64,000 nt of DNA from Podospora anserina. Lineage: Eukaryota. The notes under the pieces were generated by a model. That model had not been told where the DNA came from and did not search any database. It saw only the letters and a program-made list of their open reading frames with translations. The DNA lies in assembly GCA_017654855.1 (NCBI GenBank), contig CM030337.1, positions 2,294,001-2,358,000 on the forward strand, given 5' to 3'. Shown here one piece after another: positions 11,353 through 25,356 of the stretch; position 1 is the stretch's first letter, and each line of letters begins with the position of its first letter. A program made the translations under genes and the position numbers.

Positions 11353-14300
11353 TTACCGAATTTGGGCGGGAGCTTGACGATGAGCAATTCCAGAACCATC
11401 GGTTCCAGAGCTGGAGTCCTTCTTCTTGCTGTCTGCTTTGTCGCTGGGATTCGAACTTTGACCTTTGCTCTTGGGGCTGTCGCTGTAACCATCTGCCGGC
11501 ACATCATCATCACCGGGCATGTTATCGTTATCGTCATCCCAGGGCGACAAGTCTCCGTCAGGTTTGTCCGGGAACAGAGCTATCCGGAGGAAGATCAATC
11601 TGCGACCGTGGTCATGGATAGCATCCAGAGTGGGCTGGCACCACCCCATACTGCCGCTCGAGTGAGTCCTCTGATACTCGTTGATCGATTTGCAGCTTCA
11701 GCCGCTCGTCAATGACGATTCTCTTGATGAACACGAGCATGTCGTTCATGGTTTTGATAGCCATTGCATTATTCCTTCTTTCCTCGGCCTCTCGTATCAA
11801 GTCGATGAACTTGATGATCTTCACGAATATGCAACGCGGGAGGAAAAATGATCGTCATGGCCCGTCGTGATTGCAGGGTATTGCTTGATGTCTTCCAGCC
11901 CTGGCAGTGCTGCCTCTATGAGCTGACAAGCGAAATATCCAAACTTCATGGCGTCCTTCCCCCTTGTCGCAGTCAGGGTCGCCAACGGGCGAGGGTAATC
12001 CATGGATTTCCAGAACGTTGTGTCGTCCACCTCTTCTGGAAGACAGGGGTTCCCAAACACGGCCTGGTACCGGTCTAGGAAGGGCTTGGTTTTGACCACC
12101 TTTTCGGAGACGTCTGGAGGGTAGAGCCTGTGGCGAAGGAAGACGTTTGACAACGTGACGGCACGATGAGCGCCCGAGAGGTTTTGTAAGGCTGTGCCAA
12201 TCTCAAACATAAACCGGAGGATGGTGTGCCAGTTTTCCACGGCCAATGCCTCGACTGGATGTCCAGAGTCAAAGCCCTTGATACTGTCCCGGTTCTCGAA
12301 ACGTTTCTTTACAGTCTCCAAAAGTTGCCCGCCTTGAGCGTGCTCAAACACCAGGCCGTGGAGATATTTTAGCTTGGTGTTCAACCGGTCAGTTGCTCTT
12401 CGCGCAACATTGTAATCAGTATCACCCAAGTGCTGGAAGAGGAAGTTATGTAAGAAGAGCTCTTGCGCTGGGAACCTTGCATATCCCATGAGCTGCAGCG
12501 TATTCCTCACGCGATTTCCGGTCACGCCGATTTCTGAAAGATAGGTCAGCCTCTGGAAGCAGTCAACTCCCAGTTCGGCCTTTTCCTTGTTCTCAAGGGA
12601 AGCACCAGTTTTGACCGATGATTTTGACCACTGCCTTGTCATTGCCAAAATTGGAATCGTCATAGCGATCAACTCGAGGTGCTGAGATCCATGGAACCAG
12701 AAAGACCGTCCCCGTGGGAGTGTCGCTGAGCATTTTAGTGCCGCCAAGGTCAAAATCACTTGCCTGAAACTCGGAGATAAATTCATCTAGGGCAGGATGA
12801 GGATAACTGCCTCGGGGAAGCTTCATCTCAAGCCAGTTCGAGTTAACCTGGTGAAATGAGTCCCTGCTGGGTTGGAAAGCAGGTTTGTGAAATTTCAGGT
12901 TGAAGTAGGAGTTTGCTCTCCTCCCCCTCCATCCAACCCCTTTTTCTCACCTTTACTACATGCTGGCGTAGCGAACGTGCTTTGATTCCAGGCGAGGTCT
13001 CCAAGATGTAGATCGTGTCGGGATCCTGAAGCTTGCACAATTTGTCTAGGCCTGATCCACGGACCAGGAGGCAGTCGTTCTACATCGACAACACCGTCAG
13101 GTCAATGATATCGAAATTGTGTAAATCAAAGATGTATAAGTAGAAATCGCCCAAGCTGTCCAAAACCGGTTCATGTTCTGCCACAGTATCACTTCGCTGA
13201 GCTTCCGTCTCGAGTACACCAACCCAGAGTCGTTCGTGGTAGCACATCATTGCATTACACCAGCTTCCAAGATACCGGCGTTCTTCGGGTGGCCTTAGTC
13301 CGCAGTCGCAGAGAGCATACTGTCCAGGAAGCGGCTTCCCACACCACCGGTTGGTGACATCCTCGCTGACATAAAAGCCCCGGGTGTGCCTCCCTGGCGT
13401 CTGGTAATTAAGAATAACCAGGTCCCAGTCTTCCATGCCTTCGAATGGTCCTCCCAGACCCACAGAAGCTAACATGGCGTTCTGAGAGGACTTGTTCTTG
13501 ATAATGGTTATTTCTTCAGTGTGGTAGCCGACGCACTCTATCATGTATCGATAGCCGAGCTGGGTAAAAAGATGCTGTTAGCATACATCAGAAACAAGGT
13601 ATCGAATACGCTTACATGAGTGCCACCAATCCTGCCAAATATCTCGCTTGTTTCCTCCACTACAAGGAAGTCATCTTGCAAGACACGGCGCCGTTCCAAA
13701 AAGCGGACCAGGATCCAGATATCCCATACGTCGTACTCATCCTTCAATACACGCTGGCGCACGACAGGTCTGCCGCCGGGAGTTCGTTCGTAAACGTGGA
13801 CAGCTGCCTCATCCAAGTCTCGCCATTTGGCGAAGAAAGTTTATTTATCGATGGCTAACCGAGCGATGGAGCGCCTGTTACAAGTTCACTCTTCATTAGT
13901 ACTGTAGAGTCAGGATGTAATACAAAATTGCTGTAACTCACCAAACACCCCATCTCCCTCACAGCATTTCTCAACACCTCCGGCGTCCGTCTCATCACGT
14001 CCCAGAAACTTTGATTATCAGGATCTACCATGAAATCTTTTGTCCGGTCCTGCCGTACATCATACGGCATCAATCCACCATCATCACGACAGCCGAGACT
14101 GCGACCTAAAATCTCCATGTGTCTGTCTTGCGAGATTGATGGTTGAGACAACATGGCGATAAGGTATTTGAAGACGGCTCGGAGGGTGTCTGATGCCCAG
14201 GACCTATAAAAACATTACCTTAGCCATGATCTTCAAATGGACGAACAAGGGGAAACTTACCATCTTAAGAACGAGAGCAAAGCTATTTGAACAACAAGGG

Positions 14301-14542
14301 AATTGTCCACCGCCTGACCTTTTGCTTTCATCTTTTTCTCCCAGCGGCTGAGCTCGTATTGTAGAAGTCTCTTCTCTTGGGGCTTCATTCGGAGGTAAAG
14401 GGAGTGTTCAGGCTGGAGGTCGGAAAATGATGTCACGCTGCGGACCCATTCTCGGTGGCTTTTTGAGGGCTTGTTCGATGTTGATGTCTCGGAGTAGGGC
14501 AGGATCAGGGGAATCCTGGGAGGATTCTGCGGGAGTTGACAT
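11353..14542 (-). pseudogene. Degraded gene with a protein-kinase-like domain in its C-terminal half
   Basis: Co-oriented chain of ORF pieces broken by stops and frameshifts (e.g. TAG at 13080, shifts near 12610 and 11820). Kinase-like motifs: TPTGTVFLV, AVVKII, LVFEHAQGGQL, HRAVTLSNVFL, KDAMKFG. Both ends approximate. Confidence 0.6.
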
Positions 14543-14939
14543 GACTGAGGTGGTGCCTAGGGTTGGTGGATTTGTCTGGATGGTATAGGAGGTTGCGAAG
14601 AGATAAGGTAGCTTGACAACAAGGATATCTTAGTCTTTTGGTGATGAAGGTAAAGACTTGGCCAAAGAGGATGCTCAAAGAGAACAGGGAGAGACGGCAG
14701 ATATGGGTTCAGAGCAAAGTGATGCGATGGAAAGGTTGTGATTTGTTTGTTTCAAAGACCTGTTGATAACTGGGCAATTTAAAAAGATGTCGATGGGCCA
14801 AGATGCCTATATTTCTGAATAACTAACCAGCAAACACTGCCCCGGTTCTCGGTGTGGGATTTATGCAGTGCGAGGTGCAGTGCCATGATGGGCTTGACAA
14901 TATCATCACTTCAACGATGTCATCAGACACACCTTGACG

Positions 14940-15551
14940 ATGTCATCGCTCGCCCCCAGCCCTATCTCGCCGCTGGCTGCCCCGTCTCGCCGTCGGTCCA
15001 TGCTTCCTGGCAATCTAAGTTCCCGCAGGTTTATTTCAATACATTCTCTCCCACTCTCACTCAACTCTTCCCTCCTCCCAACAACCTCTCCTCTGTCTTT
15101 TGAAGCCAACACAAGAAAGACACCATCATCCAAGACAAATCGTCCCAGCTCAAGACTCAAGCACCGTAAGTTATCGAGCTTCTCCCCAATGAAGTTCGTC
15201 AACATCTAACCAATTCCTTTGATCAGATCAAAATCAAACAAGATTTCCACAGCCCAGAACGCGACCACCGCGCCGGAGGAGCCCATCCTCTGCACCAAGT
15301 GCCCTCACAAGCCGGCGCGGATGGATGTCATGATGTCTCTCTCGCACACCCCAGCAATCCTCGCGTACGTCCACACCGGGCCCACGGACAATCTTGTTGA
15401 GATCAAAGAAGACATCACCAATGGCACCAAAAAAATTGTCACTTTGGTTTTCGAGTTCCCGCTCCGCCCCCATGATCCAGCCTGGGTTGAGGAGAGGTGC
15501 CGCACCTGGGGAATTAACCGGGAAATCTTCCTAGCCTCGGAGATTGGGTGA
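14940..15551 (+). other. Possible small hypothetical gene or relic
   Basis: Intron-like GTAAGT(15166)...CTAAC...CAG(15226) precedes a coding-looking ORF 15219-15551, but the splice phase does not fit the upstream ATG frame. Confidence 0.3.
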
Positions 15552-16380
15552 CCCAGTTCAGTAAGGGGTTTTGGGTGAAGGAAGCTTGGGGTTTTGTCTT
15601 AAAGGGGCTTGGGGCGTTAGGTGAAGGGAACTGGATACTGGGCAGCTAGCTGCCTCTGGGAAATAACATGGGCCACATTTGACAATGCTGTTGATGTTGT
15701 TTTTGATTCATTTATCATAGTTGTGTCGCGTCTGATTTCCACAACTAAGGATTCAGCATCGGACTGGGCTATATGTTATGCCATGCATCCTCTCTTTTGA
15801 CATCAAATGCTTCACTAGGTATCTTCCCACACCCAACGTAGCATTCCGACAAAACATGCAGTGTGACGTGTCTAAACCAAAAACACACCAGGTAGCCCCG
15901 CGGCCGCAGATAAGTCGGGAATAGCTTCATGCGGGCATCATGCCCCCTCTTCGACCCCCACCTCGTCTACTCGGCATCATAGCCGAACCTCATTGTCGAG
16001 GAGAGAGTGTCGAGGAGAGAGTAGTCCGACACATTGGGTCAGCCGCAGTTGTCATGTCTTGATTCCATGATCTCCTGCAGCTTACATCTGTCAGCGCACC
16101 ACCACCACAGCCTATACTTGCCTGGAATATGGAAATATACCCACAACAGGAAAAGACTCTTGATGGAGCAATATCATGAACCTGGCCGAAGCTGCATTCC
16201 GCCATGCGCCAACTGCCGGAACAGGTGTTGCCAAGTGGGTGCACTAGACATGACCTCCCTTGCCAGATGTCCCCATCTGATCCTCTCAATGCATTGTCAC
16301 AAAAAGCCAGCTGACCCATCTTCTCTAGATACAATGAACCTTACACCGCTTGATTCATCATCAAAGACGCAAACAACGCG

Positions 16381-17763
16381 ATGGGCCTCAAGACTTCAAA
16401 ACGGCCGTTCAACATAGCCATCATCGGTGGCGGCATCGCGGGCCTCACCACCGCTCTCTTCCTCCACCACTTCTGCCCCCCAGGCTCAATCGAGATCAAC
16501 ATCTACGAACAAGCAGAACAATACCGCGAAATCGGCGCTGGCGTCAACCTCGGCGTCAATGCCACCAAACTCCTCCACCAAATCGGCCTAGGCGACAAAA
16601 TCAACGCTATCGCTGGCTCAAAAGATGGTGTTTTCTTCACCCTTCGACGCTGGGACAACAGCGAGGAGATAACGACCATCTACTCCAATGACTCAGGCAA
16701 GATCCGCCAGGCGGCCGTATCACGGGCGGAGTTGCTCCAGGTTCTGCTCGATGCTATCGAGGAGAGAAAAGCAGCGACATTGCACACAAAGAAGAAGTGC
16801 CGGTCCGTCACCGTAAGTCCTTTCTCGTTCTCCGTTTTGCCATAGATATCTAACACCGCCTAGAAAACAAAATCCGCGATCAAAATAACCTTCACCGACA
16901 CCACAGCCACCACGTCCTCCCTCCTCATAGCCGCGGACGGCATCCACTCCCCCATCCGCAATCAATACCTCCCTCACAGTCCCCCTCTCTACTCAGGCAA
17001 GATCGTTTACCGTGGCCTGTTACCCTTCTCTGCCTTGCCTACACCCTGGCCAATTCAATCCCATCATGTTATGTGGATCGGACCAAACAAGCACCTCTTG
17101 GTATACCCCATCTCCCAAGGCGAAACCCAAACGTTAAATTTCGTGGGCTGTATCACCACCCCGGAGGAATCCCTCGGAGACCTGAAAGAGTCCTGGTCCG
17201 CCACCTGCCCAAGAGCGGAATTGGAAAGGGATTTTGGGGATTGCGATGGGATAGTACAGGAACTGATCAGGTTACTGCCGGAGGAGGTGTCAAAGTGGAA
17301 GATTAACGACCGGGAGGCGGCGGAGGGTTGGGTGTTTGAACAGGGGAGGGTGGTGCTAGTTGGGGATGCGGGACATCCTATGGTTCCGCATCAGAGTGCG
17401 GGGGCTGGGCAGGCGGTGGAGGATGGGTTTGTTGTTGGGAGGGCTATGGGTGAGTTTCTGAGGCGGGGGGATGGGAAACTGGAAGAGTGGATGGGGGTGT
17501 ATGAACGGGTGAGGATGCCGAGGGCGAATAAAGTGCAGGAGACGAGTCGGGGGGCGGGGTATTTGTATCAGATGCAGGCGGAGAGTATGAAGGGGATGAG
17601 CTATGATGAGTCTGTGCCGATTTTGAGGGATACGGTGCAGGAGAGGATGAAGTGGATTTGGGAGGAGGAGTTGGAGGGGGTGTTTGAGGAGGAGAGGGGG
17701 AAATTGGTTGGAAAGGTGGAGGTGGAGGGGGGGAGGGGAGGAGGGGGTTGTTTTTGTATGTGA
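16381..17763 (+). CDS. FAD-dependent monooxygenase, salicylate hydroxylase-like (intron 16813-16863)
   Basis: IAIIGGGIAG (GxGxxG), EIGAGV, LLIAADGIHSPIR (DG motif), VVLVGDAGHPMVPHQSAGAGQAVEDG (GD motif). Confidence 0.92.
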
Positions 17764-19337
17764 TGGCTGGAAGGGTGCTGTTGCTGTTGTTGGATACGGG
17801 GTATGTGTTGTAGGAGGTAGAATGTTAAAAAAATGTGAACTGGAAGGCAATAAATAACCTTTGAAGCTGGGAGACTCGTGCAATTATACAAGGTGCTATA
17901 GGATTTGAATGATTGGCTAGATATCGCTTTTTGAAGGTTGTCATGGAGCGTTTTCGGAGCCACTATATGTGGTCAGAATCTTCCTCGTGTAGTTCGAAAT
18001 TTGAACCCTTCTGGAACATAGAGTAAGGTATAAGGGACTTGACTGGTCTGGAGGAGACCGTGTACCTACCTAGATATGAAGCCTGCTGATCAAGAGGCGA
18101 CAACAAGACATAGGAAAGCCTGTGGGGCGTGAACACAGGCTTACTCACTGCTTCATCTTGCAGTCTGGGCTCCCTTGTTTCTCACACACACACCAACATC
18201 ATCACGTTTGCCACACCTTAGTTGCACCTCACAGCCCGGGACTACGAGCTACCTGAGCGACTTTTTCTGAGGCAAAGAGGCTCAAAAGCATCGTCACCAC
18301 CGATCCGCAGATCCGCTTGCTCGCTCCAGATGTTCGAATGCTGGCAACTTTTGAGACACTGCTTGGCAAATGTGGTAAACACGATGCTGATCTCCTCTTA
18401 TAGTGTATACCAGAACACCTTTCGTCGAGTTCCACAAATTGCCGCCGGCAATAACGCTCTTTTCCTTTGCACTACGGAGTTACTCCTTTTCAAGCTCCTA
18501 TCTCAACGCTTGGCGGTTTTCGGGAGAACGCGGACAGTGCGTGTTTCGGGACATTGTTTCGTTGTTTCGAATTTCCACGTTTAGCAGCCACTCGATGGCA
18601 CGCGACAACTTGCTGTTTTGGGATATCGGCAATATAAATCGTCTTTTGTTCCCAAGGCGAAACGTGGGGGTTTGCCTTCGGCGACCCCACGGGGCAATGA
18701 GGTAGTCTCGGCTGGAGTTACACCAGTTCTACTATCTTGTCGATCGCATCCGGCACAAACTTGCCGATCGCGATGTTCGTTTCCAGGGCACAGGGTCGCT
18801 TCAACACGAAGCCGAAGCACGGTGATGGGTTTCAGCAGACGCTTCTTTTGAATTCTCGTCAAGGTCTAACTCTGCCAAGCTGCGGCCAAGGCTATCGCCA
18901 AGAGGCTCCCGTCGAATGGCATCGGAGAATTCAAGGGTTCAGTCTTGGTGCGGCGTTCAAGCAACGACGATCAGACATCCCTTTAAAGGTCGACTAAGCC
19001 TTTTTTAGGGTTGTCTTGGAGGTGATCTTTTTGCTTCTTGGCCCCTGTCTCCAGAATAACGATCTGCTCTTGGCCTGCCGGCGAGGGATAGATCGAAGTT
19101 GATATCAATCTCCTTCTCGGCCCAGCCATTCCTTCCTCTCTTCTTTTCATTCCAGGACTCTGGCAGCCCCGGTTGTTTCGCTTCTGCTGTTTTTCTTTCT
19201 CTTGTCTCTGTTCTTCTATTCGGGCTCTGGCAGCTTGTGTTTTTTGTCTTCTTTTCCATAAGCCTTTAGTTTTTTTTGGGTCTCTCTGCCTTTCTCACCA
19301 AGCTGTCGTTACTTGCAGGCCAAGGGATATCGCCAAG

Positions 19338-21100
19338 ATGCCAAACCTCGATGTCAGCGAGCTCAACACTGTCTTGGCCGTGTTGGGTGCCTTCATCTTG
19401 CTCTACGGTATCATTTCAGTCCTCGTCAAGAGCAGATGGTTTCTAGGAGAGGCTCTTCCCGCCGTCGTCATCGGCATCATCCTCGGTCCCATCGCCGCCA
19501 AATTCCTCGACAGCTCTCGGTGGGGATCCGCGGCTGAGGGGCAGACAAGCGACATCACGCTGGGTATGGCTCGGGTTGTCATCGGAGTGCAGCTCGTCAT
19601 TGCTGGCTTCCAGCTGCCGGCCAAGTATAACCTGCACAGGTGGAAGGAAATGGCCCTTTGCCTTCTCCCTATCATGACCATCATGTGGTTGTGCACCACG
19701 CTCTGCCTGCTGGCTAGCGTGCCCAACATCACACTACTCGCCGCCCTGGTCATCGGTTCTTGCGTGACATGCACCGACCCGATTCTCTCACAGGCCATCG
19801 CTAAGGGGCCGTTTGCCGACAAGTTCGTTCCCCGTCATCTACGCGAGATTATTTCCTCCGAGGCTGGCGCCAACGACGGCTTCGGTTTCCCCTTTCTCAT
19901 GCTTGCCGTCTATCTCATCCGCCATGCCGATGTCCCCGGTGCCGGGGTCCATAGCACCGGAACCGTTCGCGAGCGAGCGGCTCAGCTGGTAACTCGCGCA
20001 GGAGACGTTGGGAGACTTGGCGGGGGCGTCGGTGTTGCCTTGAAGAACTGGTTTGTCGAGACGTGGCTGTACATTGTACTCATGTCGGTTGTCATTGGAG
20101 CCATTGTCGGCTACGGTTCGTGCCTGGCTCTCAAGTTCGCCCTTCGCCGGTGAGTCTTCTCTTGAGTTCAACAACTGTGCTTATGCTAATCATCCTTCTT
20201 CAGCAAGTGGGTCGACTCGGAGAGCTATTTGCTCTACCCAACGGCCATCGGGGTAGGTTCTGGATCTAACTTGCCCTCGAAGACGGCTGAAGACTGACAA
20301 ATCTGTAGCTCTGGCTCGTCGGCATTTGCGGCATGCTCGGCACTGATGACCTTCTCGCCTGCTTCGTCGCCGGAAACGCCATGAACTGGGACGGCGAGTA
20401 TCTTGCCGAAACTCTGGAGCGCCACGACGAAGTCAACTCTTGCATGGACGTGCTGCTCAATTTCGGCGGCTTCATGTACATTGGCACCATCATCCCCTGG
20501 TCCGAGTTCCACCAACCCGAGACGACCGGTCTTACCTACGGCCGTCTCATTGGCCTCGGCGTCCTAGTACTGCTCTTCCGGCGCATTCCCGCCATCTTCA
20601 TGTCCTACAAGTTCATGCCCAAAGTGGTCAAGGACTGGAAGGAAGCCATGTTCATGGGCTACTTTGGTCCCATTGGCATTGGAGCCGTTTTCTACGTCGA
20701 GCACACCCGCCACCTGTTTCCCGAACTCGGCGAGGGCGACGCAGAGGAGACGAACCTGGTACGCGTTATGATCCCGGTCGTTTACTGGCTCGTGCTCTTC
20801 TCCATTGTGGTGCACGGTCTCTCGATTCCTTCTCTCAATATGATCTACAATTACTACGGCGTCAAGCCCATCGTCGAAGACGCCGTCGAGCTCCCTCGCA
20901 AATCGATGCGCGCGCCCACGCCGGTAAATGCTGCCGTTGGGGACCGCGATACGTTTATCGCGTACAATCGCTTCTCCCGTCCGGTCTTCGACAACGCTGA
21001 TCTACCAGTGGCCAACGACAAGCAAATGTACGCATCAGATAGCGATGAGAACTTTCAGAAGACGAGGGTGGGGAAGCGGTATTCCCGAGCCATGGTCTAG
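19338..21100 (+). CDS. Na+(K+)/H+ antiporter, CPA1 / Nha1-Sod2 family (3 exons)
   Basis: Many hydrophobic segments; CTDPILS, SSEAGANDGFGFPF, GTDDLLACFVAG, LFRRIP, GYFGPIG, SIVVHGLS. Introns near 20150-20203 and 20253-20308. Confidence 0.92.
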
Positions 21101-21426
21101 TCTTACCGGAAGTACTTTAGAGTTGGGTAGAGACAATATAGAGCCGGGTATAGATAGAGGCGCAGCTTGTACAGTCATTACAGCAGATAAATGGAATAGT
21201 ACCTCCCGCCAGTCGTTCATCAAGGGTTGCCGGACAGTTCGATAGCTACCAAGAGATGTGTCGAAATATGAGTAAGGTACCTACCTAGGTGACTACTCAA
21301 AATAGATGTCTTCCCCGTTGCAGGAACTCTTGGATCGGTTTTGTTTTCAATCTTCGCTGCCAAAAATAACACTGACCAGTCCACACTAGCTGGGCCTTCA
21401 GTCCTTCTAAAGCCAAGGAGGCCGCG

Positions 21427-23487
21427 ATGCGCCGACCTCATCATTTTTTCCAGACAAGAAGACTTTTGATAGCCTGCGCTGTTGGTTGTGCGAGAAATGA
21501 ACCAATACCATTGGTGAAAGGATTTCAAGTGGGCGATTGCAAAATATCTGTTATTGCTCCAAGAGAATCTGAGCGAGACCAATTTCTGGAGAACTCGACA
21601 GAGACTCTTACCTGCCAAAGACGGGTATCCTTGTCAGCGTCTGAAACCCAAGAGGTTACCACCGATACATCGAGCCAAGATAAGCATAGTACCAAGACAA
21701 CACCCCAAGCTGCCAAGAAAACCCGTCGGTTTCTTCATCGTCTCAACCCTCGTAGTTGGCCATTGGTTGAGCAAGCTCGCAGCACAATCTCTCGGATATG
21801 GAACGATTTCATCGTGGTAAACGAAGAAGTCCGAAAGCCCGTCATTCGCAAAGGGTCTTCCCAGTTATTTGGGACATGATACGCTACCCTTTGCTCTACA
21901 AACCGCTGGGTGTTCCACTTGGGCTCCTCGGGGCTGGCTCTGCGTTTGCAGAAATGAAATTTTTGTAGTGAGCTTTCCCCCCTTTGTGTTGTTTGAGTCA
22001 TCCAGCTGACCATGGGTGAATATTAGGTCCAAGGGGTTGCGTGGGATCTGGAGAATGGACTACGGCACGCCAACCAAGCTAGTCGTCTTCGTCATATTCT
22101 TGCTCGTCTGTTTAGTAGCCAACCTGGCTGGCCCTTCCAGTGCGGTCCTCATGATCCCGCAGAGCCACACACGGACAGTCGTACCACCCGAAAGATACAC
22201 GGAAGCACGCGCAAAACCATGACGCGCTACTCGGGAAACCTGGGCCATGGCACCCCATGCCGCCTCGGTTGTCGTTCATAAGGAAATCCGCATGGCGTGG
22301 AGTACACGGCTGATCGGTGCACCGCTGAACTACGGAAAGTCCTTTCTTCGCACCGCCATCGTCGACACCACGAGTCCCATCGTCAGCTCGGCATGCGTAC
22401 CTGCGAGAAATCTCTCCGACACAACAACCTACTCTGACGCTTTCGGTTCCGAAAAATTCAAGATGACCTTCCCCATTCTCAAAGAGGTTGATTTCTGGGT
22501 ACCAGGGGTCCCAGGTGGCGAAGAGGGCTTCGAGAGCGGCCCAGACGGGACCGTCCCCCTCGATGCATCCCTCCTCGACCTCGCCGAAATCGTCCATGGA
22601 CGCGACTTTTGAGCGCCTCGTGCGGATTGAATCGACGCGGGGAGGGGATTCCTACCAGGAAGTGAGACTACGACTGGGGAAGGGTAGAGGGACGGAAAGG
22701 ACACTCCAGGCGGGAGCAATATACGGCAGACCTGGTCTTACTGAAGTTGTCGCAATTGGTCAGGGTAGGTTGTAGGATAGGATGAATTGCGCAGGAGTTG
22801 ACACGTGTGGTTTCCTGACATATCTGCGTGCCGTGGGTGGCTAACCCGGAGCTGTTGGATATAGCTCGTGAAGTGAGCATGTCGCATGAGGAGATGGATG
22901 GAGGGTCGAGAGCTGGGGAGGTCGCGTGGAAGTTACGTTACCCATTCAGTCTCCCCATCTCGAGATCTAACCCAGCCAAGCTCTTCTTCACTCATAAATT
23001 TCCACGAAAATGCCCACTATCCCGGACACACCACTAGCCGCCAGCGTGACTCGACAGATACTTGACCTGTGCAGGCAGCTTCACCAGTTTATTCGATCTG
23101 GAGCATGTCCTTTTGGTTCACGTGAGATCTCTCTTGACATGGTCCGTGTGACCGTCCCCTTTTTGACTGTAATTCATTTCCAATGCTGACCTACAGTACG
23201 CCACCACCCAGACTCTCGAGGAAAGAATGGACAGCGTGGGGAGAACCCAAGAGAGACTCCTGGGGCTTATGGAGCAATTGAGAGGGGATGAAGAAGCCGA
23301 GATTGTTATCGGAGGAGCGGTGAGTATCTTAGTTTTTGGACGGAGATTGTGTAAGTTTGAGAGACACACTGACTTTGTGGCAATGAATAAGCTCGAGTAC
23401 TTTGATCTTTTGCTGGGCGAGTTGAGGAGGGAAGTGGAGGTGAGGATTGCGTTGGCGGAGATGGCGAGGGCTGCGAGGGCTGCTTGA
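21427..23487 (+). pseudogene. Fragmented relic of a membrane-protein gene
   Basis: Short co-oriented ORFs with stops and frameshifts. The TM segment LVVFVIFLLVCLVANLAGPSSAVLMIP resembles a motif I recall from fungal hypothetical membrane proteins. Confidence 0.4.
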
Positions 23488-23917
23488 GTGTGCATTATAT
23501 GCATTATGTGGGTGTGAGGTGGCTAGTCTTTTTGAGTTTCAAACATTATTTTGAAATGTGAAGTGGACCTACCCAGTATGGGAGGCGAGCTTCCGTGTTG
23601 AAGTTAAAGTCACAAGCTTTCAAACACTCAGAATCAGAGAGTGTTAAACCTCGTCCCACTCTCCTCTTGTCCATCTCTCTTCTCCCTTTCGTTACCCATC
23701 AGCATCTAGGTCCAATCCAGTTCACCTGCTAGTATCAGTCAACACCACATCAACCCTGCTGCGCGAACGATCAAGAGCATACTTGAACGGTCACACAACC
23801 GCACACAAGCGATGAAATAATCGTACACAAACGAGTAAGTAACCGTTCATGAACGATGAGAAATTCTATCATGAACGAGCAAATAACCATGCTCTAACAC
23901 CCACAAAGACAACCATC

Positions 23918-24687
23918 ATGACTGTCCTTCCCGAAATGGCCCGCATGACGCTGGGCAACCTCCAGCTGACCGACGGCATCTACTTCACCATGACGCCCAA
24001 CGCCTTCACCAAGCCCGAGGAGAAGCCCGAGTGGCGCCTCTACTTCGCCATCCGCTGCCTCAACGGCACCCCCGTCTCGGACCTGATCCGGGAGGGCTTC
24101 CACTGGTCCAGAAAGAACATCATCACCTCCGACACCATCTACTACTACGACGAGAAGAACAGCTGCCAGCGCCGCTTCTGGCACCTTCGCGAGTTTGCGG
24201 ACGAGCCCCCATCCCACTCCCGCTGGATAATGCAGATCGCCTTCCAGTCCGCCAAGCTGGAAACCTGCGCAAAGTTCTGCCTCGACGACACCACCCCCCA
24301 CCACCGCAAGATCCAGCACGCCTTTGCCATGCCAAGAACGGATACGGCAACACCGTCTTCTTGTACACCCGTGACGAGTCCAACCCTGTTGTCATCAACT
24401 GCGTGCTGGAGGATGCGGGGCAGAACAAGGACTTGACCAAGTGGCTGTAGCCGATGGTGTGCATCGAGGGTTCCGTTGATGGTGAAAGGAAGCGTTCTCC
24501 GCGGCAAGGAAAGGAGAGGAGGGTCCAAGAGGGCTGCCGGTGTGAAACCCCGCCTCAGTATAACGAGGAGGAGGAACAGCAAGAGCGTGTCGTCAAGACA
24601 GTCCCACTAGAGACTGCCAACAAATTTGCGAGCATGCTCGATGAAATCAACAAGATCGCGACGGATACTGCTTGGCCTTTACCTTGA
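23918..24687 (+). pseudogene. Hypothetical-protein gene disrupted by a 5-bp duplication and an in-frame TAG
   Basis: Strong C/G-ending codon bias continues across a frameshift at TGCCA-TGCCA (24325-24334). TAG at 24448-24450 is followed in frame by ORF 24454-24687. Confidence 0.55.
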
Positions 24688-25356
24688 GACGAGGTTGTGA
24701 GGTCTTGTACGGGGGCGCAGGCAGACCGACTATGTGACCGCCTGATGATGAGGCTGGGGAAAAGAAGGCATGGGGGAGGGCAAGGTAACCTTTGGGTTAC
24801 CCAAAGTCGAACCTTATGCGGTTGGCAGTCTGTTTAGTGTTCAGTGCTTCATTTCGTAATTATTACGTTGTTTCGCAGCAGGATGGGTTATTTCGCATCT
24901 TGAGAAACTCCCGGGGCTATAAGGTGTCGGATGGCGGTAGATAGCCCGGGAATTGTACCTAATAGAGTGTGTCATCAGAAGTACTGAGTTCAAAATCTTA
25001 CCAACTTGTAACTTTGAGTGTCGATAGCTCCCTCCAAACATCCCATACTGCCCATTCGTGAAAGCACAGATACAAGCACCAAAAACATCCACGTTGCTCA
25101 AGAGGCAAACATCTTGCTGTGTCCGATCTCATTCCAATCGTCACCTCCCCATTGCTGATGATGATATATATGTACACTTCTCGCAACAAACAACAAGTTC
25201 AAGTCTTGCGCGAGAATGAACAGCACCAAGCCAAACACGTGCGTTGCTTGCTTTCTGTTCAACATCCACCAACCACCATGCCGGTAACCCATGGCGTATG
25301 TTTCCTCGAGTACTCATCGTCTATCCAGCAATCCCTCCACGCAGGATTCCATCCTC

